DNA of 64,000 nt from an uncultured Gammaproteobacteria bacterium (GCA_964583685.1 CAZOVJ010000001.1:196033-260032); one strand, 5' to 3'. Positions 24,923 to 34,342 are shown, counted from the stretch's first letter. The notes: generated from the letters alone by a model not told the origin. A program made the numbers and translations.

Positions 24923-25571
24923 TTACAACATCTACCCCGTAAATTCCACTTAATACTCCAAGAAACTCTTGAAGCAACTCATCTTCTGAGTTTATGGTTA
25001 CAAAAGAACTGTGACCTTCGTATATTTCGATTAACATTCCCTCTACATCATTTTCTATCCGTACTGATTCAAAATGTTTATAAGAAGGCCTTGGTCTCCT
25101 TTTGTCTACTTCCAACCACCATTTCTCTTCTCTGTCTTTCTCTGCTCCAGAATTGAGAAGTGGAACATTAGCTATACTCACAAAATGCAGGAGTATATCG
25201 GCATCGTAAGGATGAGAAGAGCCTAGATTTTGCCTACCCAAAGTGAGAATATAGGCTCTGTTTTCACTTTGCAGTAAAAACTCACCCCCATATTCTCTCC
25301 ACTTTACTGGAATCTTGGGGAATTCGTCATATTCCTCAAGGTATGATGGTCCAATCGTTGTGCGAGTAGTGATATGAATTGTACCGTTTTCGTCCTGAGT
25401 TCTTTCCTCTAAAGACTCCCTATCTCTTTGCAATCCTGGCTTGTATATCGAATATCCTTTTTCCCTAGCAAATGCCATAAGCTCCATTGGGATTCTTACT
25501 GATTCAGAGACAGGGTTAAGTTTGAATTCTCTGCTCTTTAAAGACGGTGTAGTCTTGCGTTCCTTAGACAT
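24912..25571 (-). CDS. hypothetical protein (cassette)
   Basis: 219 aa ORF. Confidence 0.6.
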   Translation of the reverse strand: MSKERKTTPSLKSREFKLNPVSESVRIPMELMAFAREKGYSIYKPGLQRDRESLEERTQDENGTIHITTRTTIGPSYLEEYDEFPKIPVKWREYGGEFLLQSENRAYILTLGRQNLGSSHPYDADILLHFVSIANVPLLNSGAEKDREEKWWLEVDKRRPRPSYKHFESVRIENDVEGMLIEIYEGHSSFVTINSEDELLQEFLGVLSGIYGVDVVSRG

Positions 25572-25684
25572 TGTTTCCTCTTTAAGTTACGCTGTGAAAA
25601 TTATCGTTAACAAAAACATTTTATACGTTTCAAAACACAGTGCTTGATAAAAAAATGATATAATAATGACAAGATCAAACAGAA

Positions 25685-26818
25685 ATGAACTACCAATTTC
25701 AAGAATCTAGGCTTTCCACCATATTTCGCCAAGAGGATACACTGGCAACAAGAAAGTTAATTAATGAGTCTGTGTCGTTCACAGTTATTGGAATGCCTGG
25801 AATGGGAATCTCCTCTTTTCTTAAATTTCTGGTAACGCAAAATTTCGCTTATTTTATCCATATCGATTTATACGAACTCCCAGAAATGAATCGTCTAAAC
25901 CTTTACAGGCTTATAGCAAACAATCTGGGAGTGGAAGCGTTAGGTAATTTGTATAAACTTCAACAAAATATAAAAGCAAAACTAAGAATCCTTACTCAAA
26001 AACACAAAAGGGTTGTCTTAGTGTTCAACAGATTTGACCAAATTAAGGATGAGTTTAGCACCAGTTTTTTTTCTAATTTGAGAGGTTTGAATGAAGTGGA
26101 TAAAGAAAAGATAGTACTGATTTTTTCAAGCAATAAGCCTTTGTACCAATGGAGTTCTGAGGCCTTCGAAAGATCCAATCTTGACACTTTTGCAAAAGAA
26201 TATTACTTGAAGCCATACTCAAACAAAGAAATGATTCAATTGTTAAAACTGTACATGCCCAACTTGGCTCTCAACAAGAAGGCTGTTAACAAGTGTTTAG
26301 GGTTGTCTGGTGGCCACTTCCAGCTATTTCAGCTTCTCATCAAATCTCAACGCTCAAATCTCTTTCTTTCTGATAAATACATTTTATTGCAAATAAGACG
26401 TATCTACGAAGAATGCTTAACTTTTAGACAAAAACAACAACTTCAAAAAATCGCTCACCATAAAAAAGTTAATGACATAGATCCTTATCTTTTGAAGTTA
26501 GGAATTATCACAGAAATGCCTGACAGATATACCCTATTTTCCCCACTACTTAAAGAATATATCAGAAATTTATGTGTCGTGAACTTGTCTCCCTTGGAAA
26601 TAAAATTACTAAGATTGCTTAAGAAAAATATCGGAAAAATAACAAGTAAAGATGATATTTTCAACGCACTTTGGCCAGATGATCTTGAGAAACAAAGTGA
26701 TTGGGCCCTTAATGCTTTAATCTATAGAATTAGAAAAAACCCTGCATTTTTAGAAGAAGGTTATTCATTAAAGAATCATAAAAAGCTCGGTTATGCTTTA
26801 TCAAATAGGTTTGATTGA
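25685..26818 (+). CDS. degenerate P-loop NTPase fused to an OmpR-type winged helix
   Basis: GMPGMGIS (Walker A lacking K), LVFNRFD; C-terminal LSPLE..LL...ALWP...LNALIYRIRK...GY. Confidence 0.7.
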   Translation: MNYQFQESRLSTIFRQEDTLATRKLINESVSFTVIGMPGMGISSFLKFLVTQNFAYFIHIDLYELPEMNRLNLYRLIANNLGVEALGNLYKLQQNIKAKLRILTQKHKRVVLVFNRFDQIKDEFSTSFFSNLRGLNEVDKEKIVLIFSSNKPLYQWSSEAFERSNLDTFAKEYYLKPYSNKEMIQLLKLYMPNLALNKKAVNKCLGLSGGHFQLFQLLIKSQRSNLFLSDKYILLQIRRIYEECLTFRQKQQLQKIAHHKKVNDIDPYLLKLGIITEMPDRYTLFSPLLKEYIRNLCVVNLSPLEIKLLRLLKKNIGKITSKDDIFNALWPDDLEKQSDWALNALIYRIRKNPAFLEEGYSLKNHKKLGYALSNRFD

Positions 26819-26918
26819 AAAATCAATCATTGTCTGCTTCACAAATACCCCAAACTTTCCTAAGACATCTTTCATTATCAAAAGGCATAACTATGTCCCG
26901 AGAATTCTGTCGGCAATA

Positions 26919-26960
26919 GGTTCCAACAAAGTTTACCAGCCCCTGCAATTTAGCTTCAAG
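26919..26960 (+). repeat. att-like repeat family B
   Basis: GGTTCCAACAAAGTTTACCAGCCCCTGCAATTTAGCTTCAAG. Confidence 0.85.
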
Positions 26961-27627
26961 AAGTCTCTGTCAGGAATCTTTCAATATGCTTTATAACTAT
27001 ATTGCATTCTTTTTGAGAGTGTCTAAAGTCATGTCCCATATTGGGCTGCCTGATAACATATGGATTATTTGCATTGGTAACTATTTTTTCAGTTTCTTTG
27101 GGCGGAACACTTTTGTCTTCAAGCGCAATAAATATCATAATTGATTTGTGAATTTTTTTAACTTCTTCCATTGCTGAAAATTGCATTCCATCTTCCGCAA
27201 AGGTATAAGGTATATCAAATACTCTAAACTTTTTTGGATTATTAGGTAAATCTCTTTCTGAATGCCGAAATTCCTTTCCTTCCCAATTTAAAGATGAGCC
27301 AATTCTGTCTGCCACCGAACAAAGCGAAACAATTTTTGTAACTCCCTTAATTCTATTACCAGCGATAATTGCTACAAAAGCACCTAAACTATGCCCAATT
27401 AAAACTACTTCTTCTAAATCCTTATTTTTGTAAACATTAACTCTATCTGCAATTTGATGAATATAATTTGTGATTGTGTAGTTCTTCACATTACCTGTTT
27501 TCCATAAATTACAGGGGTCAAGTCTTTCAACCGTATACCCTAATTCTTTAAGTCTTTTCTCAAAAGTCCTTATATGAAGATAGTCGGGTGAATCCAAATA
27601 TCCTGGGAGTAATATCGCCAATTTCAT
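26956..27627 (-). CDS. alpha/beta hydrolase
   Basis: GHSLG nucleophile elbow, D..VP, GHDF. Confidence 0.88.
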   Translation of the reverse strand: MKLAILLPGYLDSPDYLHIRTFEKRLKELGYTVERLDPCNLWKTGNVKNYTITNYIHQIADRVNVYKNKDLEEVVLIGHSLGAFVAIIAGNRIKGVTKIVSLCSVADRIGSSLNWEGKEFRHSERDLPNNPKKFRVFDIPYTFAEDGMQFSAMEEVKKIHKSIMIFIALEDKSVPPKETEKIVTNANNPYVIRQPNMGHDFRHSQKECNIVIKHIERFLTETS

Positions 27628-27648
27628 AATAAGAATTATAACAGAAGT

Positions 27649-27690
27649 AGTTCCTAACAAAGTTTACCAGTCCCTGCAATTTAGCTTCAG
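27649..27690 (+). repeat. att-like repeat family B
   Basis: AGTTCCTAACAAAGTTTACCAGTCCCTGCAATTTAGCTTCAG. Confidence 0.85.
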
Positions 27691-27727
27691 AATTGAAATA
27701 ATATTGCCTATTAACAATTAAAAGCAG

Positions 27728-28429
27728 TTATTCTTCTAACAATTTGAATTTATTATCCTGTGGTATATTCTCCTCTGTCTCCTTCCCGTCTATTAAGGAC
27801 AACTTAAAAGCCCTTGCATCTTTAGAAGAGATTAATATCCTGTATTTATTATCAATTATTACTATAGCAGAACAATCTTCAAGAGCAATCGTTGGAAGTT
27901 TCACTTTCCGTAAATTTCTCCAGATGAGTTTCTTCTTTTGATTTTCCTTTGGATAATGACAGACATTACTAAAATTGTTGACTAAACCTAGCCCCATATA
28001 AACTTTCTCTTTGCTTGAACTCAGACTTTTCCCAAACCAACAATAAGATCCTGAACTTATTCCCGAAAGAACAATGTTTCTTTTAGCGACGGTTTTCAAT
28101 AATTTATCTACACCAAACTTTTTCCAAATTTTCAACATTCTCTCTGTATCCCCACCGCCAACATAGATTAAATCAGATTTCAGGATTTTATTATTAATCT
28201 CTTGCCTTGTGGGAGTTTCTTTAACTAAGTAAAGGACATCCGTTCTGCATTTTAATTTTTCGCCATAAACTTTGCCAAAATTCTCAAAATAACTTTCTGA
28301 ATCATTACTTGCAGTTGGGATTAAAAGAGATTTCGGCCTTCTCTTACCAGTAAGTTTTACAATTTCCTTATCTATACTTAAGGTTTCAAAACTCTTTAAT
28401 TCTCCACCTCCAATAGCTACTATTCTCAT
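27728..28429 (-). CDS. peptidase E / S51 family
   Basis: IGGGE, IPTAS, IYVGGGDT, GISSG. Confidence 0.85.
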   Translation of the reverse strand: MRIVAIGGGELKSFETLSIDKEIVKLTGKRRPKSLLIPTASNDSESYFENFGKVYGEKLKCRTDVLYLVKETPTRQEINNKILKSDLIYVGGGDTERMLKIWKKFGVDKLLKTVAKRNIVLSGISSGSYCWFGKSLSSSKEKVYMGLGLVNNFSNVCHYPKENQKKKLIWRNLRKVKLPTIALEDCSAIVIIDNKYRILISSKDARAFKLSLIDGKETEENIPQDNKFKLLEE

Positions 28430-28484
28430 ATACGCACATTATAGCAAGGGAATAAAGTTTTTGTGACTTCAAGCTCTTGAAACC

Positions 28485-28515
28485 AGTTCCTGACAAAGTT
28501 TACTAGCTACTGCAA
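28485..28515 (+). repeat. att-like repeat family B
   Basis: AGTTCCTGACAAAGTTTACTAGCTACTGCAA. Confidence 0.85.
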
Positions 28516-28522
28516 ATACAGA

Positions 28523-29470
28523 TCATATTATAGTACCCCTTGAGAAAACTGAAGAACGATTTGTAGGCTTTCCTTCTCCTGGCGTGTAGCTACAATAAGA
28601 TGCGACGGCCATAAATTGATGCATGAGATTTCTTCGCGCTTCTGGAAGTTCACCTATCATTTTTTTAAAACGATGTATGTACTCTGCAAGTGTTTCTGGA
28701 CTAAAGGAGTCAGCAATTTGATATGGTTTCATTGAATGAATAACATCGTTAGAAGATATGGCCCCTGAAAATTGTTGCATTTCATTAGGTTCTTCTATAA
28801 GAAGTGCATTGAAAAGGTTAGGTAATTGTCCAAAGTCGGAAACGCTATCAACCATATCATCAGCCATTTGCAGGCCAAGTATCTCATTCCTTGCCACCCC
28901 AATTATTTTTTCAATATCTTCATCCTTTGCGCCTGCAGATATTCCGATAACACGAATTATCATTTCTACCATGTCACCACTAGTTTGTTGCCTGTAGTTT
29001 AATACAGAATCATATGAGGTTTTAGAAGGCTTAAAATCATGAATAAAATTAGAGTGTGCATGAATTGCTTCTTTTTTATATCCAACAACTAATTTCCCCA
29101 GATCCTCTTTCGTCTCTTGAGAAAGGCCACTGCCATTAATTGTATTTTCAACCTTTTGAAAACGATGTTTGTCAGATACTCCTTTATGATGGATTTCCTC
29201 TAATTTAAAGCTGGATCCTGGCGGTTGAGAATCAAGATATGAATCAGCCCAAAACCAATAATCTATTACTTCTAAGACTATTCTGTTCACTCCGATTCTC
29301 TCACTTTCTTTTGGACCCAATTCTAAAAAACGAGAATAAGCTTTAATAAAAAATGTATTTGTTATGCTCGGTGGCTCTTTTCCTTCTAATCCAATTTTCC
29401 CCTTAATTGCCAGCGCCGCTAGTCTTAAAAATGCGCGAGATGTGCCCAGTATTCTTTCATGCTTTAACAT
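28523..29470 (-). CDS. all-alpha protein, possible class I isoprenoid-synthase fold
   Basis: Asp-rich motifs ADSYLD and QMADDMVD...D. Confidence 0.5.
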   Translation of the reverse strand: MLKHERILGTSRAFLRLAALAIKGKIGLEGKEPPSITNTFFIKAYSRFLELGPKESERIGVNRIVLEVIDYWFWADSYLDSQPPGSSFKLEEIHHKGVSDKHRFQKVENTINGSGLSQETKEDLGKLVVGYKKEAIHAHSNFIHDFKPSKTSYDSVLNYRQQTSGDMVEMIIRVIGISAGAKDEDIEKIIGVARNEILGLQMADDMVDSVSDFGQLPNLFNALLIEEPNEMQQFSGAISSNDVIHSMKPYQIADSFSPETLAEYIHRFKKMIGELPEARRNLMHQFMAVASYCSYTPGEGKPTNRSSVFSRGTII

Positions 29471-29581
29471 TTGGGGAATTTTAACAGAGTATGCATTAAA
29501 AGTCCCGTCTATTAGGTATAGAGAAGTTCCTGGCTAAGTTAAATCCCTATTTAAGAAGATATTGAGAGAATATCACCTTTT

Positions 29582-30016
29582 CTATTCCGTAGCTTCTCTG
29601 AACATCTTTGATCCTATTTGGATATTTTGAGCAGTAACGCTTCCGTCCGAATTTGTTTGCCCGATTACCATTATTTCTATCCCTTCACTTAAGTCTTCAG
29701 TCGAACCTTCTTCGGATTTATTTATTCCGGTAGAATTTGTGAGGATAACAATTTTGCTACTATCATCAGCTAGCCTTACCGTTACACTCGAATCATCCAT
29801 ACTTACAATTTCACCCCTTACGGTATTTGTTCCGCCGGAAACATTAGCTCTTTGGCCGAATTGACCCATTCTTTCTTGAAAATCCGATGGTAAATTCCTT
29901 ATAAATTCGGGGGTTTTGCTTTCTTGGTGTTTCATTCCCCCAAAGAAACCTGCTCCACCTGCAACTATGGCTACCACTAATGCAACTGCTATAACGTTAT
30001 TTTTCATATAAATCAC
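29582..30016 (-). CDS. membrane-anchored DUF5666-like protein
   Basis: TM with GFFGGM; GEIVS, G..NSDGSVTA. Confidence 0.7.
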   Translation of the reverse strand: MIYMKNNVIAVALVVAIVAGGAGFFGGMKHQESKTPEFIRNLPSDFQERMGQFGQRANVSGGTNTVRGEIVSMDDSSVTVRLADDSSKIVILTNSTGINKSEEGSTEDLSEGIEIMVIGQTNSDGSVTAQNIQIGSKMFREATE

Positions 30017-30025
30017 CCCCCTTTT

Positions 30026-31261
30026 TTACTCATACCTAAGTGCATCAATAGGTTCTAACTTCGCAGCTTTGCTTGCTGGGTACCAGCCAAATAGAATTCC
30101 GACTCCTGCTGATACTGCGAAAGCAAGTAAGACAGAACTAAACGACAAAACAAAAGGTAAGTTCATTGAGTTTGATATTATTGCCGAAATTGCAATTCCA
30201 ACCAAAGTTCCTATTGCCCCACCAATAAATGTGATCATTATGGCTTCTACTAAAAATTGGGTAGTTATTGTGTTTCTTTTTGCACCCAAAGCTTTGCGTA
30301 GTCCAATTTCGCGTGTTCTCTCAGTGACTGTCACAAGCATGATGTTCATTATTCCAATTCCTCCAACTAGCAAAGAAATTGCGGCAATACCAGAAAGAAG
30401 AGTTGTAAAGGTGCCAGTTATTTGGGTCATGGTACTCAAAATATCTTCTTGAGACATTATTCTAAAATCAGCTTGTTCCGGATTTTTTATTTTGTGTCTA
30501 GATAAAAGCAGGTTGCCTATTTCCTCTTGAGCTCGTACCATAACATCCTCGCTTATTGCGGAAACTGAAATAGAGCTGACATAATCAACACCAAAGAGCA
30601 GTTTTTGGGCTGTTGTTAGAGGAATATAAATAATATCATCCTGGTTCATAAAGCCACTTCCACCCTTTTCTTCAGTCACACCTATTACATTAAAAACTTG
30701 ACCGTTGATTCGGATAGTTTGGCCAACCGGATTTTGTCCTGAACCTGTCGAAGGATCTCCAAATAAATCTGCAGCTGTAACGGGTCCCAGAATGGCTACC
30801 TTGCTCATACTATCCACATTTCTCTGAGTGACAAAAGTACCAAGAGAAATGATGGTGTTTCGAATTCCTGCATACTCGGGAAGAACACCGGTAACGCTTG
30901 TATTGGTATTGTTTTTCCCGGCTACAACTTGAGTTCTTGAGGAATATTCTGCAGAAACTTTATCTACAGTTGTTATTCCAGGTGATGTCATTATTGCTTT
31001 TGCATCATTATAGGTTAACGTTGTTACATTTCCACCACCCCTAATACCACCTGATATTTGGGATCCCGGTGTTATCGTAAGAAGATTTGATCCGAGAGAT
31101 TGAATTTGACTGGTAATAAAAAGCTGGCTTGCTTGCCCCAAAGATACAAGTGCTATAACGCTCCCAATGCCAATTATTACTCCTAGCATAGCAAGTCCGG
31201 TTCTCACCTTGTTAAGGGTCAGAGTTGACAAGCTTTCGGTAACTAATTCAGATAATTCCAT
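30026..31261 (-). CDS. MacB/FtsX-family ABC permease
   Basis: ISLLVGGIGIMNIMLVTVTERTREIGLRKALGA; PIDALRYE. Confidence 0.93.
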   Translation of the reverse strand: MELSELVTESLSTLTLNKVRTGLAMLGVIIGIGSVIALVSLGQASQLFITSQIQSLGSNLLTITPGSQISGGIRGGGNVTTLTYNDAKAIMTSPGITTVDKVSAEYSSRTQVVAGKNNTNTSVTGVLPEYAGIRNTIISLGTFVTQRNVDSMSKVAILGPVTAADLFGDPSTGSGQNPVGQTIRINGQVFNVIGVTEEKGGSGFMNQDDIIYIPLTTAQKLLFGVDYVSSISVSAISEDVMVRAQEEIGNLLLSRHKIKNPEQADFRIMSQEDILSTMTQITGTFTTLLSGIAAISLLVGGIGIMNIMLVTVTERTREIGLRKALGAKRNTITTQFLVEAIMITFIGGAIGTLVGIAISAIISNSMNLPFVLSFSSVLLAFAVSAGVGILFGWYPASKAAKLEPIDALRYE

Positions 31262-31263
31262 TT

Positions 31264-31968
31264 TTACTTTCTCTTTCTAATTATTTTTTGTTTTCCGTTA
31301 TGATTATCGTTTGCGATTTTTCCATCACGAATTTTTATTATTCTTTTTGCAAACTGGGCAATTTCTTTTTCGTGAGTAATTATTAGAAATGTATGTCCTT
31401 GTTCGTTTAAATCTTGAAATATTTCCATAATTTCTATAGCTTGTTTTGTGGTAATGTTTCCAGTGGGCTCATCGGCTAATATAATACTTGGATTCATGCT
31501 CAATGCTCTTGCGATTGCTACACGCTGCTGTTGACCTCCAGAAAGTTGATTTGGGGTGTGTTCAATTCTGTCCTCTAAACCTACCATTTCTAGGTAATTT
31601 TTGGCCTTTTTCTCGCGCTTTTCTTTTTGGATGCCGCCATACATCATAGGAATCATCACGTTCTTTAAGGCAGTTACCCTTGGAAGTAGGTTATAAAACT
31701 GAAAAACAAAGCCAATTTTTTTATTTCTAATCTCAGCAAGTTCGTCTTCATCCAGATTCACAACGTCATGTCCGTCCAGTAGATACTTGCCAGTTGTAGG
31801 TTTATCAAGCGCACCAATTATATGCATCAACGTAGATTTACCACTTCCTGATGGACCCATGATTGCAACAAATTCACCCCTTTTTACCTCAAGAGAAACT
31901 CCATTCAATGCTTTTACCGTTACTTCACCGGTTTTGTAGACTTTGGAGACATTTTTTACCTGTATCAT
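31264..31968 (-). CDS. ABC ATP-binding protein (MacB/LolD-like)
   Basis: GPSGSGKST, LSGGQQQRVAIARAL, ADEPTG. Confidence 0.95.
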   Translation of the reverse strand: MIQVKNVSKVYKTGEVTVKALNGVSLEVKRGEFVAIMGPSGSGKSTLMHIIGALDKPTTGKYLLDGHDVVNLDEDELAEIRNKKIGFVFQFYNLLPRVTALKNVMIPMMYGGIQKEKREKKAKNYLEMVGLEDRIEHTPNQLSGGQQQRVAIARALSMNPSIILADEPTGNITTKQAIEIMEIFQDLNEQGHTFLIITHEKEIAQFAKRIIKIRDGKIANDNHNGKQKIIRKRK

Positions 31969-31983
31969 ATTTCATGATAATTA

Positions 31984-33222
31984 CTAATGAATTATCCTTC
32001 CAGCTCCCCCACCACCAAAAATGAAACCACCGCTTCGTCCTTGAGTTTCCTGACTTGTTGAAGTAGTTATTCCGGTAGTTACCATGTCGCCCTCATTTAA
32101 TCCGGATGTAATCTCCGTTTGGGTATCGTTGAAAATACCAGTCTCGACAGGAATATTTAGTTCTCGACCGTTTTTTATTAAGGTTACCGATGCCTGGCCA
32201 TCTTGATATTCAACAGCTTGTGATGGGACAATCAAAACGTCACTTTTGGAATCAATAATTATGTTGGCAGTCGCTGTCATATTGGGTAATATTTGATCAC
32301 TGCTTGTGTCAAATTGAATAATGGTAGTGTAGGTTGTTACGTTATTGGTTATCATACCAACCCTATCGACACTTACCACTTTTCCTGTAAAAGTTTTGTT
32401 CGCGATTGAATCTAATGTAATCGTTGCTTTTTGTCCTGGCTTAATAAGGGATACGTCAATTTCTGAAATATTAAAGGTTACAATGGGCAATCCTTCTGTA
32501 GCGATAGTTGCAACTCTTTGATTCGCGCGAGCACCACTTGCAGTTTCTTGTGTACCAATATTCATGCCTTCGGCAACTGTTACACTTTTTACAACTCCTG
32601 AGGAAGGCGCAGTAATAATTGCGGAGCTGGTTTTATAAGCTAATGATGTCGAAGACAATCTGGCTCCTGCGGTCTTTACTGCATCGTAAGCCTTGTCGTT
32701 TGCAATTTCTGCCCTTGTACGGTCCTCTTTCATCTCTAGGCTCTCATCATCATCGTGTCCCTGTATTTCGTCATAGACAACGGCTAGTGATGCTTGGGTT
32801 AAGCGATAGTTATTGTTGGCAGCATTTAGAGAGTTCACAGCACTGATATAGGTTAAGTACGCAGAAGCTTGGTTTTGTAGTCCTTGAACGTCAAGATCAA
32901 TTTCGGCCAACTTTTGCCCAGCATAAACTTTATCTCCATCGCTTAGGTAAACTTTACTAACTGTTCCGCTTGCTTGGGTTGTAACATTTTCAATATTAGA
33001 CGAAATAATATTGCCTGAAGCTGCGACTGAAGATATAATTGTACCTCTTTCTATTTGTGCAGTTTGAATTATTGGCTTTTCTTCTTTTTTTCCATATTTA
33101 TTAAACAAAAAATATCCACCAAGCACTAGAACAATGATTACAGCAATCAATTTCTTGTGGTCACTTTTTAGCATATCTAGATAAGACAATATTCTCTTTT
33201 TTATATCTTTATACATAGTCAA
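31984..33222 (-). CDS. efflux periplasmic adaptor (MacA-like)
   Basis: N-terminal TM, lipoyl-like halves, ITAP, VPSQAV. Confidence 0.88.
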   Translation of the reverse strand: MTMYKDIKKRILSYLDMLKSDHKKLIAVIIVLVLGGYFLFNKYGKKEEKPIIQTAQIERGTIISSVAASGNIISSNIENVTTQASGTVSKVYLSDGDKVYAGQKLAEIDLDVQGLQNQASAYLTYISAVNSLNAANNNYRLTQASLAVVYDEIQGHDDDESLEMKEDRTRAEIANDKAYDAVKTAGARLSSTSLAYKTSSAIITAPSSGVVKSVTVAEGMNIGTQETASGARANQRVATIATEGLPIVTFNISEIDVSLIKPGQKATITLDSIANKTFTGKVVSVDRVGMITNNVTTYTTIIQFDTSSDQILPNMTATANIIIDSKSDVLIVPSQAVEYQDGQASVTLIKNGRELNIPVETGIFNDTQTEITSGLNEGDMVTTGITTSTSQETQGRSGGFIFGGGGAGRIIH

Positions 33223-33342
33223 TTTTAGGCACTTGAGAGCAAGTTTAGATATTATACTGAAAAGACATCCTTAAAGCCAAAGAAGTAGTTTATTTAATAA
33301 GATTTTTCCCTACCCCACCCAATATATTTTTTGAGTGCTGGA

Positions 33343-34284
33343 TTAGAGTATTTTAACAAGTTTATCTAAACTTTTTTCATCGTGAGTTGAAGTGGTTACG
33401 ATATTTTTCTTTAGTATTTTCAATTCATTCTCAGTCTTTTTTAAATCTCTCTTGCCAACTAAATCGGATTTTGTAAGAAGAATGACCTCGTTCTTCTTAA
33501 GTAATTTACTACTGAATTTCTCAAGTTCTTTTCTGACTATTTTATAATCCTTCAGCGGGTCAGATGAGTCGGAAGAAATGCAATGAAGTAGTAAGCTCAC
33601 TTTTTGAATATGCTTTAAAAATCTTATTCCCAACCCACGTCCCTCTGACGCTCCTTCAATGAGACCTGGAATGTCAGCTATTATTTTTTTATTTGTCAGT
33701 ACACCTAAATTGGGAGAAAGTGTAGTGAAATGGTATTCGGCGGTTTTAACATTTGCGTTGGTTAATTCATTTAACAAACTGCTTTTCCCCGAACTTGGAA
33801 GGCCAATTAGACCATAATCCGCAATAAATCTAAGAACAATTTTTAAATGACGTTTTTGCCCAGGTTTTGGAGGGATTGTATTCATTGGTGTGGTGTTTTT
33901 CGAGGACCGAAGATCGTAGTTGCCGATTCCACCTATTCCACCCGAACAAAAAAGAACTTTCTCACCAATTTTTTCATAATCAAATACTTCTTTAGTTGTG
34001 AGGTCACTTAACTGTGATCCGACTGGAAGCTGGATTTTTAAATCGCGCCCTCTTTTTCCTGTTCTCTTTTCTTTGCTGCCTCTGCCTCCATTCTCAGCAG
34101 ACAAAACTCCTTTTGGGCGAAACTGGTTAAGAAGGGTAAGATCGGAGCTGATTACCAAGTAAACATTGCCTCCGTCACCGCCATTGCCTCCGTCTGGCCC
34201 GGATTTTGGTCGTTTACCAAAGGAAACAACACCCTCTCCACCATCCCCGGCATTGATTGTAATTTCAATTTCATCTACTAGCAT
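33343..34284 (-). CDS. obgE: GTPase ObgE
   Basis: Gly-rich Obg domain, GLPSSGKS, YHFTTL, DIPG. Confidence 0.93.
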   Translation of the reverse strand: MLVDEIEITINAGDGGEGVVSFGKRPKSGPDGGNGGDGGNVYLVISSDLTLLNQFRPKGVLSAENGGRGSKEKRTGKRGRDLKIQLPVGSQLSDLTTKEVFDYEKIGEKVLFCSGGIGGIGNYDLRSSKNTTPMNTIPPKPGQKRHLKIVLRFIADYGLIGLPSSGKSSLLNELTNANVKTAEYHFTTLSPNLGVLTNKKIIADIPGLIEGASEGRGLGIRFLKHIQKVSLLLHCISSDSSDPLKDYKIVRKELEKFSSKLLKKNEVILLTKSDLVGKRDLKKTENELKILKKNIVTTSTHDEKSLDKLVKIL

Positions 34285-34342
34285 TAGTGTATGTTATCAT
34301 TTTTTGGTATTTTAGGCTCATAGTGTATAATAATAACTGATT

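Larger units (their letters stand above)
18988..29550. mobile_element. tRNA-His-anchored array of gene cassettes separated by att-like repeats
   Basis: about 13 repeats of two families between short unrelated genes. Confidence 0.7.

Noticed and set aside
19782-28515. Repeat families A/B as a CRISPR array
   Set aside because: Most spacings are hundreds of bp to kb and contain whole genes; no regular period; no cas genes
19782-28515. Classical integron attC sites
   Set aside because: No extended imperfect palindrome with paired R boxes and no tyrosine integrase in the window
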